Positions 44,601 through 57,227 of a DNA stretch of 64,000 nt are shown piece by piece. How positions within the stretch are numbered: position 1 is the first letter of the stretch; each line of letters starts with the position of its first letter. Both the position numbers and the translations under genes were made by a program. The DNA lies in the NCBI GenBank assembly GCA_043228905.1, contig JBHGNT010000005.1:3472001-3536000 (forward strand), read 5' to 3'. The notes beneath the pieces are model-generated. The model was not told where the DNA came from. It ran no database searches and saw only the letters and a list, made by a program, of their open reading frames with translations. Source of the stretch: Azolla caroliniana. Its lineage: Eukaryota; Plantae; Polypodiophyta.

Positions 44601-45603
44601 TTGCTCCCCCCTACTTGATGGTAGAGACATTCAGTCTATGTTGTGCCTTTCTACAATCACAACAAAAGACGTGGTTATGAATCCATGCGACATTGTTTCT
44701 TTCTTGAAGTTGCATATCATCCACGTGAGAGTTTGGGCTTTTTTACATTTTTGAGGTTTTATGGACTGTAGTTAAAGAAATTTACCCATGTTTATGACAG
44801 CCTTGAGATGTAATGATTTAGGAACCCCTCCAATCATAAATCAATATATTTTAAATTTTAACTAATGCATTCTCATATTTTGAAATATACCAAATATTGA
44901 TAATTGTTGTTCTTTATTTATTCTAAGTGGTTGTTGAACATAAACTTGACATTATGTTTGCCTCTAGTAAACAATGCATCATAATATGCTTTTACTTTGC
45001 TTGCTCTTCGTCAAGAAATAAAACAATTGATCCTTGGTATTGACTTGATAGATCATTTAAGGTCACTTACTTTTCTTGTTGCGTAAAGGGTCAAACTTTT
45101 TTGTTTTGGGGTGTTCGCAAGTCCACAATATTAGAATTTCATAGTGCAAAATAAAGATCACCATCTATTCCCTACGCATTCATTATGTCAAACATGTCTA
45201 ATTTGTATTAACTCGATGATATTTATTCCCTTGGGACACAAATTAAGAATGATATTAGCCTTTAGGCCATGCATTTGAGTTTTTTTAGTCCAAAATTTTA
45301 TATTCTCATAAATCGTGATCAAAATGATGATTCATGAAGATGTAAAAAACAATTGCCCAAAAAGACACAGAGAGTAAGTGGCTATGTGTAAGAGAAGCAC
45401 GAGACTCAAGTTGCACATAAGTCGAATATCACTTTATGACAACAACATTGAAGCAATTCTAAATAGAATTTAAATAATTCATCACCATCAAAAGGGGTGG
45501 TGATCCTTGTCGATGGCAGTTCGTCAAGAATCAAAACCTCCATTTTATGTAACTCACTTCAAGGGTTGATTGTGCCCAATCGTCTTATTGGTTCACATGC
45601 ACA

Positions 45604-45637
<34 letters not shown>

Positions 45638-46229
45638 CATTAGATCTTGAGAGTTGGACCTAGGAGGAGGTTGATAGAGGGATGGGGACGATTGGTTTTG
45701 TAGTTGCGAATTTGTGCATTTTCTTTTCTTTACTCTTTTATTAAGTGTTTCCCCTTTCACAAACATTCGAGCATCATGGAGAATGGTGCAAACTCAACAA
45801 TGAGGGTTAGGAAATTAATGAAGATTTTTTCATCAATGTAGCCAGATGGCATGCATTCAATGACATGGGGTGCGTATTTGCGGATAGATGAAGTGGTTTG
45901 TGATTTCGGTAGAGTCAGATGCAGAGATGTTGGTTGAAGTGAAGAGTGTGGACCATGCAAATGATGTTCTGAGGTCGCGCCAACAAATGATGTTAGCCTC
46001 CTCAAATTGTTATGGACCCTGTAAAAAGACAATGTCAAGAAACCAACTAAACCACATAAGTCACATAAGTTAGTTAGTTTGTTTATAGCAAACATTTCCC
46101 AACAATCTGTACAAGGCCCATCCATGTACAATACATACATATATGTATACTATATACTATGTTAGAAGACATCAATCACACCATCGCAGTCATCGGGTTC
46201 AGAGCAGACAGAACGTTGGCATTGCAGAC

Positions 46230-49200
46230 CTGGCGAAGCGCAGACACATGATCCTTTTATCAGACGATGACCATGACGACGAAGATGATGATCGTCGATC
46301 ATCCCCCGCTAAACCTGTTTCTCTAAAACCTTCTCCGTCTCCTCCTTTCCAGCTAAACATCTCGAAGAATAGGAAAAAAACGAAGACCCAGAGGAATGAA
46401 ACAGCAGGAACACGAAAATCGTCAGAAAGTCAGAGTATTTCATTCGCCACCAGTAAGTAACTCAAACTGTACCCTACTGAAATAATTTTTAATATGCCTT
46501 AATTTCAATAGCATTTTTTCTTTCTCTTTTTGGTGGTTTAATCATCTCGAATATGTGTGGATTGAGATTTTGTTTTGGGTTTTGAGTTTTTCTTTCATCC
46601 ATTTGACATTTTAACTAGCGTAGTTAGGAGGAGCAATACGCAAAGATACCTAAATATAATGTAAAGACCTATCCAGACTGGCTTAAACGTAATGCAAGAG
46701 AAATCCTTGTATATTTTTGTGAAAGGCTAAATGGAAATAAGAATTTCAATGACAAATCCTGTATAACTGAAGAGAAATTGTAAAAACTCTTCATTTGTCT
46801 GCAAATCCTAACTAACGGACCCTTTTTTTATCCACACATGTCAAGTCATTGTCAGAATGTACATGCTTTTGGAAATTGATTGTTTTGTTCAGTGGTTAGT
46901 TTCGTTTGTTGTCATTATTAAGCCAATTGTTAGAATATCTAGTTGGAAGATGCTCTCTATTGGAGTTCAAAATGTGCTTCCAGAACAAAATACTCCAGAA
47001 ACAATAAAAAACTGGAAAAAAACAAGGCTTGAATTTGGGAGAAATTGGTGCCTCGAAGGTGTATATGATATATGCTGATGCTTCGTATTAGGGTACCATA
47101 TATCTCCAGATCATATGTTTGAAGTTTTTTTGCAACCTTGGGAAAAATATGCGAGACTTCTGGTTTTGAGGATCCATTTGATTGATACACTATAACCATT
47201 TTTATACAGCGGTAACTTAAAAATGGTTTTTATTTGCTAGAGATACAAGATGGGAAGAATCGGTTGCACCCAAAAGATATACAATCATGGGCAAGTAGAT
47301 ATAGTCCTAAGAAGATTTCAGATCTCGCAATCCATAGCAGGAAGGTATACTTTTATGTTTACTTTGTCCTTTCTAAAACTTAAGAAATGCTAAATATAAG
47401 GGTATTCATAAATGCTGAACTTCAATAGGTTGCAGATGTTCGGGAATGGCTGGAGGCTAAGCTTCAGAATTCTAAGAAGGTTGCCCTGCATATTTGAGAA
47501 GCAAAGAGTTAGGATTAAGTGCATTACATTGGTTGATTCATAATTATCGTCAAAGTTATACACATATTTCTCTCTCTTTCTGCCCCCATAGGGTCAAAGT
47601 TGTACAATATGTGAGAATTCCCTCTTATCTATCAGATGAGTGATTTCAATGAGTTTTATTCTGATCTCATAGATGCAGAAACATAATGGTGGTAACGTTC
47701 TTGTGCTTTCAGGCCCCAGTGGCTCTGGAAAGACGGTAAGTTTTTAACTATGTTTCTATCTATCCTTGGTGTAGGATTTTATATAGCTTCTGACCTGGTC
47801 CTATGGTTTTGAGAACAGGCTTTAGTTCGTGTTCTTGCAGATTTACTTGATGCAGAACTCTGTGAATGGGACCCACCTGTCCCGACTCTTTGGAAGGAGC
47901 ATTTGCATCATGTAAATTCTGGTACTATAGACAATTTTTTTCTAATATTCCATCATTCTGTTGAGTAGATGAATTGACACATTTTTTTCTTGGTTATTGA
48001 GAGCAGACATTTCATACATGTCAAAGATGGACGAGTTCATAGAATTCCTTGGGAAAGTGAAAAAATATCCTTCATTGCCCCTTGTTCAGGTCTCACCTGA
48101 TGGGAGAAATAAGTCTGTTCATGCTGGAGCTACCTCTGGAATGAAGCCAAAGGTGATACTTATTGATGACTTGCCGGTAGTGAAGGGGAGAGAGTTTGCA
48201 AGCAAGCTTTGCCATTGTTTGCACAATTTTGCTGTTTCAGTACAGTTTCCAACAATTGTGATTGTCACGGACTTTTTAGAAACTGTAGAAAATGGCCAGG
48301 GAACAAGCTCTGTTACTACAGATGTTCTACAGTCACTGGAAAGTGGAGGTGCTAAGAAGGTATTATCCTAAGAGAAAAACTCTGAAACATCCACCCATGT
48401 TTTTCTTTTTTTCTACAATGCCCTATGTTTTTGTCATTTACCAATATGCCATTGTTCAAATCCCTCTTCACCAACTATATGTGCTATATTTTAGCAATTA
48501 TATTGTAAATTTATCTATTTTTTCTCTCTTTTGGTGGTTGAACAATGGAATCAAGGGAGAATAACAAAAGCATAGGGGCATTTGAAAAATATCCAAATAA
48601 AGAGAAACTTGGGGTGTTGTGGAGTTTTTATTACTCCTAATTTCTGAACCTTTCAAAAGTTTAGAGGAAAGTACCATTGTTGCTGTGTTTTGCAGATAAC
48701 ATTTAATCCAATTACAGCTAATGCTATCAGAAAGGTTCTTAACAAAATCATAGTAGCAGAGAAATGCGTTGCATCATCTGCGACATTGTCCTTTATTGCT
48801 GAAAGTTGTGGAGGTGATATAAGGCATGCGATACACAGCTTACAATTCCTCTGTCTTGGCCAAAACCCAATTCCATCTACTTGGGATCCAGGGGGAGATA
48901 CAAATTCATTTCATAACTCTAAACGAAGAAAGGTTTCCACTGACCTTGACAGAAAACATGGTTCACTTGATTTGGAATTTTCTTTATCTTCAAATAAGCA
49001 CAAACCATTTGGATGCCGGGACAGTGTTCTCACAGTTTTTCATGCATTGGGCAAAGTGCTATACAACAAGAGAGTTACGGAGAACATTAAAGATTCAGGT
49101 TTTTTTCATGCTTTTGTCTTTGGTTGGGTTGTATAGTCACCATAACTTTCCACATTAATTTTTGCATTTAATTTTTTTTCTCTAAAAGCATCCCACTATT

Positions 49201-52200
49201 CCAGTAAGCTTAAGCAGCGTTAAATGATATTTGCTATGGAATTGTCACATTCCATATCAAATGATAACCTTTTGAGCATTGCAATGTGAATGAATTTATC
49301 AGCTGAGCTTCCAGAGAAAATCGGCAGGAATAGCTTGGCCATGTTCAAGTTTGATTGGGCGGTATATAATCTTGTATATATGGCAACTTACGACTGATCA
49401 AATTGATATCTCCTTATGGAAATACTCGTCAAGCTCACCCAGTTAACCCACAAAGATAATGGCTCACTGGCAGGAATAACTTTCTCTATTCTTTGTTGTT
49501 ATATCATTTCTCTATGGGAAAACTATGCTCTATAACAAGTGGGTTTGTCATGTTTTTAGTTGGGTTGTGTACAATGATTCTTTGAATGAACTCACAGTTC
49601 AAACATGGGAAAGATGTGGTTTGGGGTAAGAAAATGGGGAATCTTTGATCTTCCTTGGCAAAGCTTCTGCTAAGTGTGACCCTTATTTTGCCTGACGTAG
49701 AAATACCAAAAGTTGGCAAGTTTTTACTGAACCCATAGACAGGTTTTGGTTTTACATAGAGAAAGGCATGCTACACATTATCTCTGCATTATTCTATTAC
49801 TTGCTAGTACAGCAACCAGCATTTTTTTTAGGCGGGCGGGCAAGCAGTAAGATGACATGGTTCTCCAATGTAGCTGCTATTCTTAGAGACGACTGGAAGT
49901 CGAGAGATAGCGAATCATGCACGGAGGAGGTATACATTCTTATTATAAATATCTGGATGGAGGTTCTTCTACACAAAAAAACTTAAACCCTTGAACATAA
50001 ACCGAGAGGCAAATTCACACTACCATATCGTCGTTCGTCAACAGGTACAGCTTTACCTGATTGGCCTTGGAGCTGAACCAGATAGTGGTAGGCCCAACAT
50101 GTCAATTTCCATTCTAGTTCTCCACCCACTTTTGGCTTCGGTTTGCGACTGAAGGGACGAGCGTCGATCTCTTTCTGGAAGGTTAAATCGATGAAAGTGG
50201 ATCTGCATTCCTTTTCGAGGGTTTATGTTGCTTTTTTTTCTCCTCAAGAGAAGAGATTGGCGGGTCGACTGGCAATAAGGATTTTGATATGCTGTGGGGA
50301 ACCGATGAAGCGGGTCTGACATAATGAACCGGCTTCTAGGCGGTAAGCCTGGGCGCTCCATGTGAAGTCTCCCCTCTCATCCCTTACAAGTCCTCGGTTT
50401 ACTTGCTTGTTTGCTCATCAGAGTTTGATTCGCTCTCATCAGTCGAAGGGGGATCTCCGGCACGCACCTTCGCTACTCCTCCGGTCACAAGAGTTAGATT
50501 GTGCACAAAATAAAAACTACTTTTTGCGAATTGACCCCCGACGTTGAGTGGCGAATTTGTTCATTTGGATGAAAAGGCTCGCGTGCGGGGAAGGGGAAGG
50601 CCATGGTGCATATGGTCTTGTTCGTTCGTTGGCCCATTGTTGGCTGGTTGTTGAGAACATCAGTCAGCCGGCAAGCAAAATTTCAACTGAACCCCCCAAT
50701 CGCTCATGACTTCGATCAACGAACAGATTTTCTTGTTGTCGGCAATTCAGAAAGTGTTAAGACACCCACATGAGATGATGCGGTGGGTTCAGCGGGGGAT
50801 GTTTACATTCTGAACCACGAGAAACCAGCCCTTATTGTTGGGACTACGGGACCTTTGGGGTCTTGTGGACCTCTTGCTCAACCCTCTAACGAAGGGGCCA
50901 GGGACCTTTTGCTAGCCTCCCCGAGCAAGCAAGCAAGCAAGAAAGTTATCCCGTACGGGAGTTGAACCTGTTTTGTCGACATAAAAAGACGATGTCCTAA
51001 CCACTAGACAAAAGGGTCTTGGCTTTGAAAACCTGATGAAGACGTGCTTGAATCAACTCTACTCCCAGCCAGATGCTTATGGCAAGAGGTTAAAGCAGTA
51101 CGATCTGTAGTACCTCCTCTCAATCCTAGGACCTTCAGGTTAACCATTTCCTACTATCTATAGGAGGCATAGTCTTCACAACTCTATATACGGAATTTCT
51201 TTCCGGGTTTCAAAGTGCCTAGATGGCCCTGAAGGTCAGGTCTTCAGAGAAGTTTCAGGCAGGCAGGTTACAATGCTTGTTTCTTCCGTGGTCAGAGTTA
51301 TGCCACAAGAAGCCGCAAGAAGCACAGAGAAAGATGTGGAAAAAGGATGGAGTGAAAGGTTACCCACCCAGTACACGGCAATAATCGAGGTGACAAGTTT
51401 CGAACCTATGGCCCTCTGTACCCAAAACAGATGCGCTACCAGACTGCGCTACACCTCGTGCTTGCTTGCTTGCTGCGTGGGCCATCCCGGCAGTAATGGT
51501 TGGGGACTGGCGTAAGCTATCGATTAGCACATAAGCCACTTGGTTGGCACCCGATCTCTCATCACTCAATCCCGGAAGGGAAAAGGGCCTAGAAAGAAAG
51601 TTTTATGTCCTTGCAGCAAGCAAGTCGCAGCAACGCAATGAAGGCCTTTGCTTTGTTGTCATCTTTCGATCTATACGTTTTGCTCAAAGAACTCCAATGT
51701 TTGCTTGCTGCTTTAAGCTTTAGCGAGGTTCATGAAATCTCGAAGAAAGCAGCAAGCAGCTGGGTTCTTTGAATAGTTAACGTCTCACAGGTCATGAGGT
51801 GGCTTGAAAGTCAAATAATGTATATGATACTAACAGTACATTTTCCGTGTTCCCACATTGGTAGCTCGACTGTTAACTGCTTCATCCACGATTGGTCTAT
51901 GGTTTCAATTCCTTCATGCACTTCATGAAGAAGCGCTTCCTCCTCGCGCATAACACATCATTTGGCCGGCATTTACCCAACTTGGAATTAACTTCATCAA
52001 GTCAGTACAGTTAACGAAAGGACGCCGGCGCTTCCCTTTGAGATTCCCTCCAGCCACAGGTTCTCCTACGATTACCATGTTATGACTTCACCCCAGTCAC
52101 TGACCCGACCATGATATGCGCCAAGAAGACCACCAATACCAAAATGGTTCACACTCAATGGTGACATGGAACTCTTTTGTAATGGGTGATCTCTGGTCGA

Positions 52201-54223
52201 TGCTTCGGGCAAACCAATTCCCAGGGTGTGATGGGTGGTGTGTACAGGGCCTGCGTACATATTCACCCCGGCATGCTGATCTGCGATTACTAGCGATTCC
52301 AACTTCATGTTCTCGAGTTGCAGAGAACAATCTGAACTGAGGCAATTTTTCTCGATTTGCTCTGCCTTACGGCACTGCTTCCTATTGTAATTGCCATTGT
52401 AGCACGTGTGTAGCCCAGCCCATAAGGGCCATGCGGACTTGACATCATCCTCACTGTCCTCCATAGTAGACTACTGGAAGGCTGAAGCAAATCCCGGAGT
52501 ACCTGTTTCTCCGGAGGGACACTGGTTGCTGCCACCTACCAGAAAAGTGTTGAGTGATGGGGGACTCGGGGGAAGTTCCTTAAGGAGTTGGGGAACCTAT
52601 AAGGTTAATGACAAAAGTATCTACCTTTTGAGCTCCAGAGTTTCTGGGATGTGAGGTTACACAGCCAAAGTTAGATCTACATTGAGTAGATAGATTGGTG
52701 CCCCCTAACCCTGGCTTAAAAAGCAAAATGTGAGCAATTAGAACAACCACAATAGCTTCTGTGGTGCTTATTTTTTCTTGAAGGGACATCAGAAGGTGTG
52801 CTTAACGTGTCACAATGTATTTATTTGTTGGCTAGAAATATACGTGTTTTAATCCATACATATTGATGTCATGTGTAACATTATTGGGGGTAAAATCTGA
52901 AACCTGTTCCACTATTCTGAAATCCATACAACACTGTTTGACATTCTTACTATGAGAGCTTTAGCAAATTTCCTGATGAGAATGTAACAACGTTTCTTAA
53001 ACTGATGTTATAATCATGTTTGTCTCCCATTTTTTTGGATCTCTAGTTGCACTTCTGAAAGTGAAATGGTTTGCATTTCAATCACTTGGCAGGTGAAAGC
53101 AGCATTGGAATGATCATCAAATGCGACCTTCAAAGACATCCTTTGAACATGGAAGCACCTGAAATAATTTTAGCACAATGTCATGGCGAGGCTGCTAGTT
53201 TTGTGTCCTTTCTCCATGAAAATTGTAATCCATTACCCTGACCTACACATCAATTCATAAACTTATGGGAGAAAGGGAATTCCGTCGTAGTTGAACTGAT
53301 GGAATATTTTTACTTTCATGAACCTTTTTGTCAGTTCTGGAGTTTGTAGATGATGAAGCTATAGAAGATGTTTCGGTCTCCTTGGCATATTTCAGTGATG
53401 TAGACTCTCTTTTAAACAAGAGGCTGAGGTTTCGTGATCGTTTGGTTCTCACAAGCTCAGATGATGTTGATCCTGGGCTCGTAGCTGAAGTAGTTGCTGG
53501 ATCTATAGCTGCACGGAGTGTGTTATTTGCAAACACACACCCAGCAAAGCACAGGTGATTCTAATTTATGTTAAGAGCAAGAAGTGCATGACTCTTTCAT
53601 CTTTCAATTAAACTTCCATTTAAATGGAATTATACAATGACATAGGTGGCAATCTATTCGAGCTCCAGTGATGCGGCAAGTTGAGAGACTTTTAAATGAA
53701 AAGAAGGTTGTGAGATATCGTTCTATCAATTTCCTTAATGAATTTTAGCTTTGTGGCTCTCTCAAACTAATACTTATTTGCTTATATGAATTCAGCATTG
53801 AATATTAGTAGGCGTTTAATTACATTTACTTCTCCCCAGCATTTTTTTGGAGACTCATTTGCTATTAAGTGAAGGGCAATCATTTGCTATTATTTATTCT
53901 AGGTTGAATTGCGGTTAAAATCTTGGGCTTTTATTATGGAGAGATCAACCATGATGACTAATGCTGTTCAGGCAACTGAATGGGAACCATATTCCAAGCA
54001 TCTAATAAATAAGACTCAGCCTCCTAGCCTTCTGTCTCTACCATGGAGGGAAGCGTCGGATGTCAAATTTGATGTTTTTGGAGATGATTTTTTTGATCTG
54101 TCACTTGTTCCATCCGAGGAGCAAGAACTTACATCTCAAATAGCTTCCATGGACATGAGTAGCGCTTATCATGGAATGGAAACAGCAGAAGCTGGATCTG
54201 ATGATGAAATAGAGGAATGGTAA
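46230..54223 (+). CDS. RAD17: Cell-cycle checkpoint clamp-loader subunit RAD17 (AAA+)
   Basis: Exons 46230/46248-46452, a probable uncertain exon ~46934-47058, 47241-47344 (WASRYSPKKISDLAIHSRK), 47429-47479, 47673-47735 (Walker A GPSGSGKT), 47819-47921 (CEWDPPVPTLW), 48007-48359 (ILIDDLP), 48696-49098 (ITFNPIT, GGDIRHAIHSLQF, RDSVLTVFHALGKVLYNKR), 53093-53224, 53335-53554 (AARSVLFAN), 53646-53706, 53903-54223 (acidic end DDEIEEW*). Confidence 0.93.
48372..48632. mobile_element. Decayed MITE in a RAD17 intron, probably related to the 32652 element
   Basis: Inverted arms aaaactctgaaacatcc...atgccctatgttttt...attgttc / gaacaat...aaaagcataggggcat...ggtgttgtggagtttt. The left end resembles the reverse complement of the right end of the 32652-32893 element (gggaaaactctgaaatacacc). 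Confidence 0.55.
50947..51018 (-). tRNA. trnE: Mitochondrial-type tRNA-Glu pseudogene (anticodon reads TTT instead of TTC)
   Basis: The minus strand reads GACCCTTTTGTCTAGTGGTTAGGACATCGTCTTTTTATGTCGACAAAACAGGTTCAACTCCCGTACGGGATA, closely resembling plant mt trnE(UUC) with several substitutions. Confidence 0.8.
51385..51458 (-). tRNA. trnP: Mitochondrial-type tRNA-Pro(UGG), NUMT copy
   Basis: The minus strand reads CGAGGTGTAGCGCAGTCTGGTAGCGCATCTGTTTTGGGTACAGAGGGCCATAGGTTCGAAACTTGTCACCTCGA, a cloverleaf with TGG anticodon. Confidence 0.88.
52037..52463 (-). rRNA. rrn18: 3' fragment of mitochondrial small-subunit rRNA (pseudogene)
   Basis: Reverse complements of universal SSU motifs: tccagccacaggtt...taccatgttatgacttcacccca, tgatgggtggtgtgtacagggcc, cgattactagcgattcc, cattgtagcacgtgtgtagcccag...gacttgacatcatcc. 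An expansion segment of plant-mitochondrial type and several C>T/G>A deviations are present. Confidence 0.9.
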
Positions 54224-56260
54224 TGCTAAACTCCAAACTATGTTATTACAAATAAGTGTAAAATATGTTAACTCCAAACTGTGTCATTTGACATTCTCAC
54301 AACGAATGAATGTGTATATTAAATCAAAGCATTATGGTGAATCAGAGAATAGACCTAAGTTTTCTCAAAGAACAAACAATTTGCCTATTTGTTGAGATTG
54401 AACTTGTTTGTGTATGTAGCTACTCATGGTTATTAGTTTTGCTAATGGAAAAGGCTTTTGTGGAGTTGACCTCCCACCCACATCAAATATTAGCTGTTAC
54501 TGCGAATCTTATGGATGAGCTGTTGATTATGGTTCCAGGATTATGTCTTGCATTTTCAATGCTCTGCTCACATGTCTTATAGGAAGGAGCTTTTGAGACA
54601 ACATACAGTAGTATAATATTTTAAGTTCCCTTTTTTTGGAAACCTTATTATATAACCTTAAGAAAAGAAAGAACAGGGGATTGTCAATGTTTTGACATTG
54701 TTTTGATTGTCCTGATAATAAAGCAAGCCTTACTCCTGATTGGGGAAGACAATTGGATTTAGTTTTACTAAAGGTTTGCTTTTGCTTCCCTTGCCCTTCC
54801 CTAAAATTGATCTTTGACGATTTCTGATTTGCTCCTTTGTGAAGTTCCATGTAACAACTTTTGTTATTTATTAGTTTTTTTATACTGATCTCCTCTTGCC
54901 AAGGAATCCTTCACAATAATATTTACCACTTGTTAGAGTATTACAATATTTGATAGTATTCCTTCACATGATGATCGAGTGATAGACCATATGTCAATGT
55001 TCAAGGGTGATTGAACTACTCCAGGAGTTTCCTCGTAGAACACAACTAAATGCCTCCTTGGTGGTGGTAAGAAGATTCCTTGTGATCATTTCCCCCACAT
55101 AGAATACTTGAGTGAATTCCTCTTGGGTGCTGCATGGATGATAGAATGTGATAAAGCCCCTTAGAATCTTGGGTAATCATAGATTGATGCCCAGGTGATT
55201 GGTTTCATAACTAGTTTTTGAACGAAGATGCCCTTCTAGTGATGTGGCAAGTCGGATGATCATGGACTAATGCTTAAGTTGTTGGCTTAACAACTAATTT
55301 TTAAAATAGAGGTGCTTTCCTATTGATTATAATAGATAAACAAACCCTTGTAACTGAAAGTACAACGAATTGAAATAACTCGGCTCTTGAATAGTGCGCT
55401 AAATTTAAAATACATTTTTGGGTTGCTAATCAAGAGAATTCCTTTTGGAAATGTCTTCTTAGATCAATCGAATATCTTAAGAAAGTTGGCAAAAATGCTA
55501 ATGCCTTCAAGTTTTCAATTAGCCTACTATATAATCATCAAGTACAAAATGACAACAGTTTTCCTCCAAAACATCTTCAAATACTATCAAGATCAAATAA
55601 TTCGAGTAGTTGGGAGACCAATACAAATGTGGCATTGATGTATTATTATGAATATTTGTTGATAATTATAAATGTATTCATCAACAATAGAAGCATGATA
55701 TCGTAATATGTATGACTATTAATCAAATTTGGCATGAATACAATCAAACAACAAATATGGATTCATCGATAATACTTAAATGGGGGTTGTATGGGTGGCA
55801 AGTATATGGCTTGGATAATGTGACTACGTTAGAGGCAAATGAAGTAAATCAATTAGATGTTAGTTACATCAATTGGCCCACCAAAGGTGTGTTGCACCAA
55901 CTATAGAAAATAATGTGGCTAGTCACATAAAAAAGTTTGACCAACTTTAACTAAATTAGATTGCAATAGTATTTCACCAACCTTACAGTTGGATAAAAAT
56001 GTATTTGGATGACTGGAGCCTACATAGTTAAAACTTAAATCATATAAGCCTATGCATCTTTAACTATTTTGCATTAATGGAAGAAGATAACAATAATAAA
56101 ATGGATACACAAAAATAAAAGAGGTATCGAAAAAAAAATCATCACCATAAGAATGTATATACACTTGAATCAACAAGTTGTGTCATAACCACCTACAATA
56201 CACATTAAGACTAACTTATGTTTGACGAACATAAAAACGCATGTCACATTACAAGATGGG

Positions 56261-56594
56261 CATCTTGAGATACCATACACTATTCCACCCGACACAAAAA
56301 CAATGTCAATTTCAAAAACAAACTCAAATGAACATTGTTATAGCAAAACATTAATTTATAATGTTGCTTTTCAATTGACTATCAACTCAAATATTATATT
56401 CTAAGTAATCCTTTGACAATTTGTATGATATTGTTAACTCATTCTTGAGATACCACACACTATTCCACCCGACACAAAAACAATGTCAATTTTGAAAACA
56501 AAACTCAATTGAACATTGTGATAGCAAAACATTATTTTACAATGTTGCTTTTCAATTGACTATCAACTCAAATATTATATTCTAAGTAACCCTT
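56261..56594. repeat. ~155-bp direct repeat, 2 copies (period ~180)
   Basis: tcttgagataccacacactattccacccgacacaaaaacaatgtcaatt...ctcaaatattatattctaagtaa occurs at ~56263 and ~56443. Confidence 0.9.
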
Positions 56595-57108
56595 CGTTCA
56601 CTTGTGCGCAACTTTGCATTTTATTGGTGTCCTCATCTAATAAACATGTAAGTTAACGCTTCACTATATTGTGATTGAATTGGCCAAGCTTCATCTTGTT
56701 CTAGGTGTCTTCCAACCTAGAATATACACTTTTTGAGTCTCTACAACCATTTACATTAGACTAACTCCATGTGGTAGAGAGAAGACAACGGAAAATCAAT
56801 TAAAAAAAACACACAATCAAGATCAATAAACTTCAAATATTGATTTTCCTAATATTGGAATTGGCAAGGACATGTTGGTTGAATTTTGTATCTATGCAAC
56901 ACATAGTGAGGTAGTATTTGTAGATTGATTGATAGGTGGATCCAGTACATCTCCTACTAAGGAACTTAAACGTGCATATGTACACACACATGACACTCCC
57001 TATTAGGAGGCACAACACATGACCTCTCTCTCTCTCTCTCTCTCTCTGATTCCATCAAATGTCCCTCTTTCCGTTGATGATCAAATGCAATGTAGCACAA
57101 GTGCTCAT

Positions 57109-57227
57109 TTGTTCCGCCTAGGAGGTGAATTGTGCCCACGTGAGAGGACCCATCACTTAGGAGGTGAATTGTTGTTCCGCCTAGGAGGTGAATTGTGCCC
57201 ACGTGAGAGGACCCATCACTTAGGAGA
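57109..57227. repeat. 63-bp tandem duplication
   Basis: ttgttccgcctaggaggtgaattgtgcccacgtgagaggacccatcacttaggag occurs twice in tandem. Confidence 0.9.

Larger units (their letters stand above)
49720..52790. other. Nuclear insertion of mitochondrial DNA (NUMT) inside RAD17 intron 49099-53092
   Basis: A block richer in GC than the flanks, containing plant-mitochondrial-type trnE, trnP and SSU rRNA sequence plus AGCAAGC-type short repeats. Boundaries approximate. Confidence 0.85.

Noticed and set aside
50395-50450. Two CTGATGAG motifs on the minus strand (and one at ~52973 on +) suggesting hammerhead ribozymes
   Set aside because: There is no correctly placed GAAA after stem II and no closing stems I/III.
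51855-51915. Possible trnN(GUU) remnant (tcgactgttaactg...attggtctatggtttcaattcc)
   Set aside because: Too degenerate and interrupted to fold as a cloverleaf, so it was not called.
52037-52463. Bacterial contamination or horizontal 16S rRNA
   Set aside because: The expansion segment and the adjacent trnP/trnE look plant-mitochondrial, and the block lies in a nuclear intron with decay-type mutations.
52072-52535. ORFs of 74-130 aa over the rRNA fragment
   Set aside because: These are spurious translations of SSU rRNA sequence.
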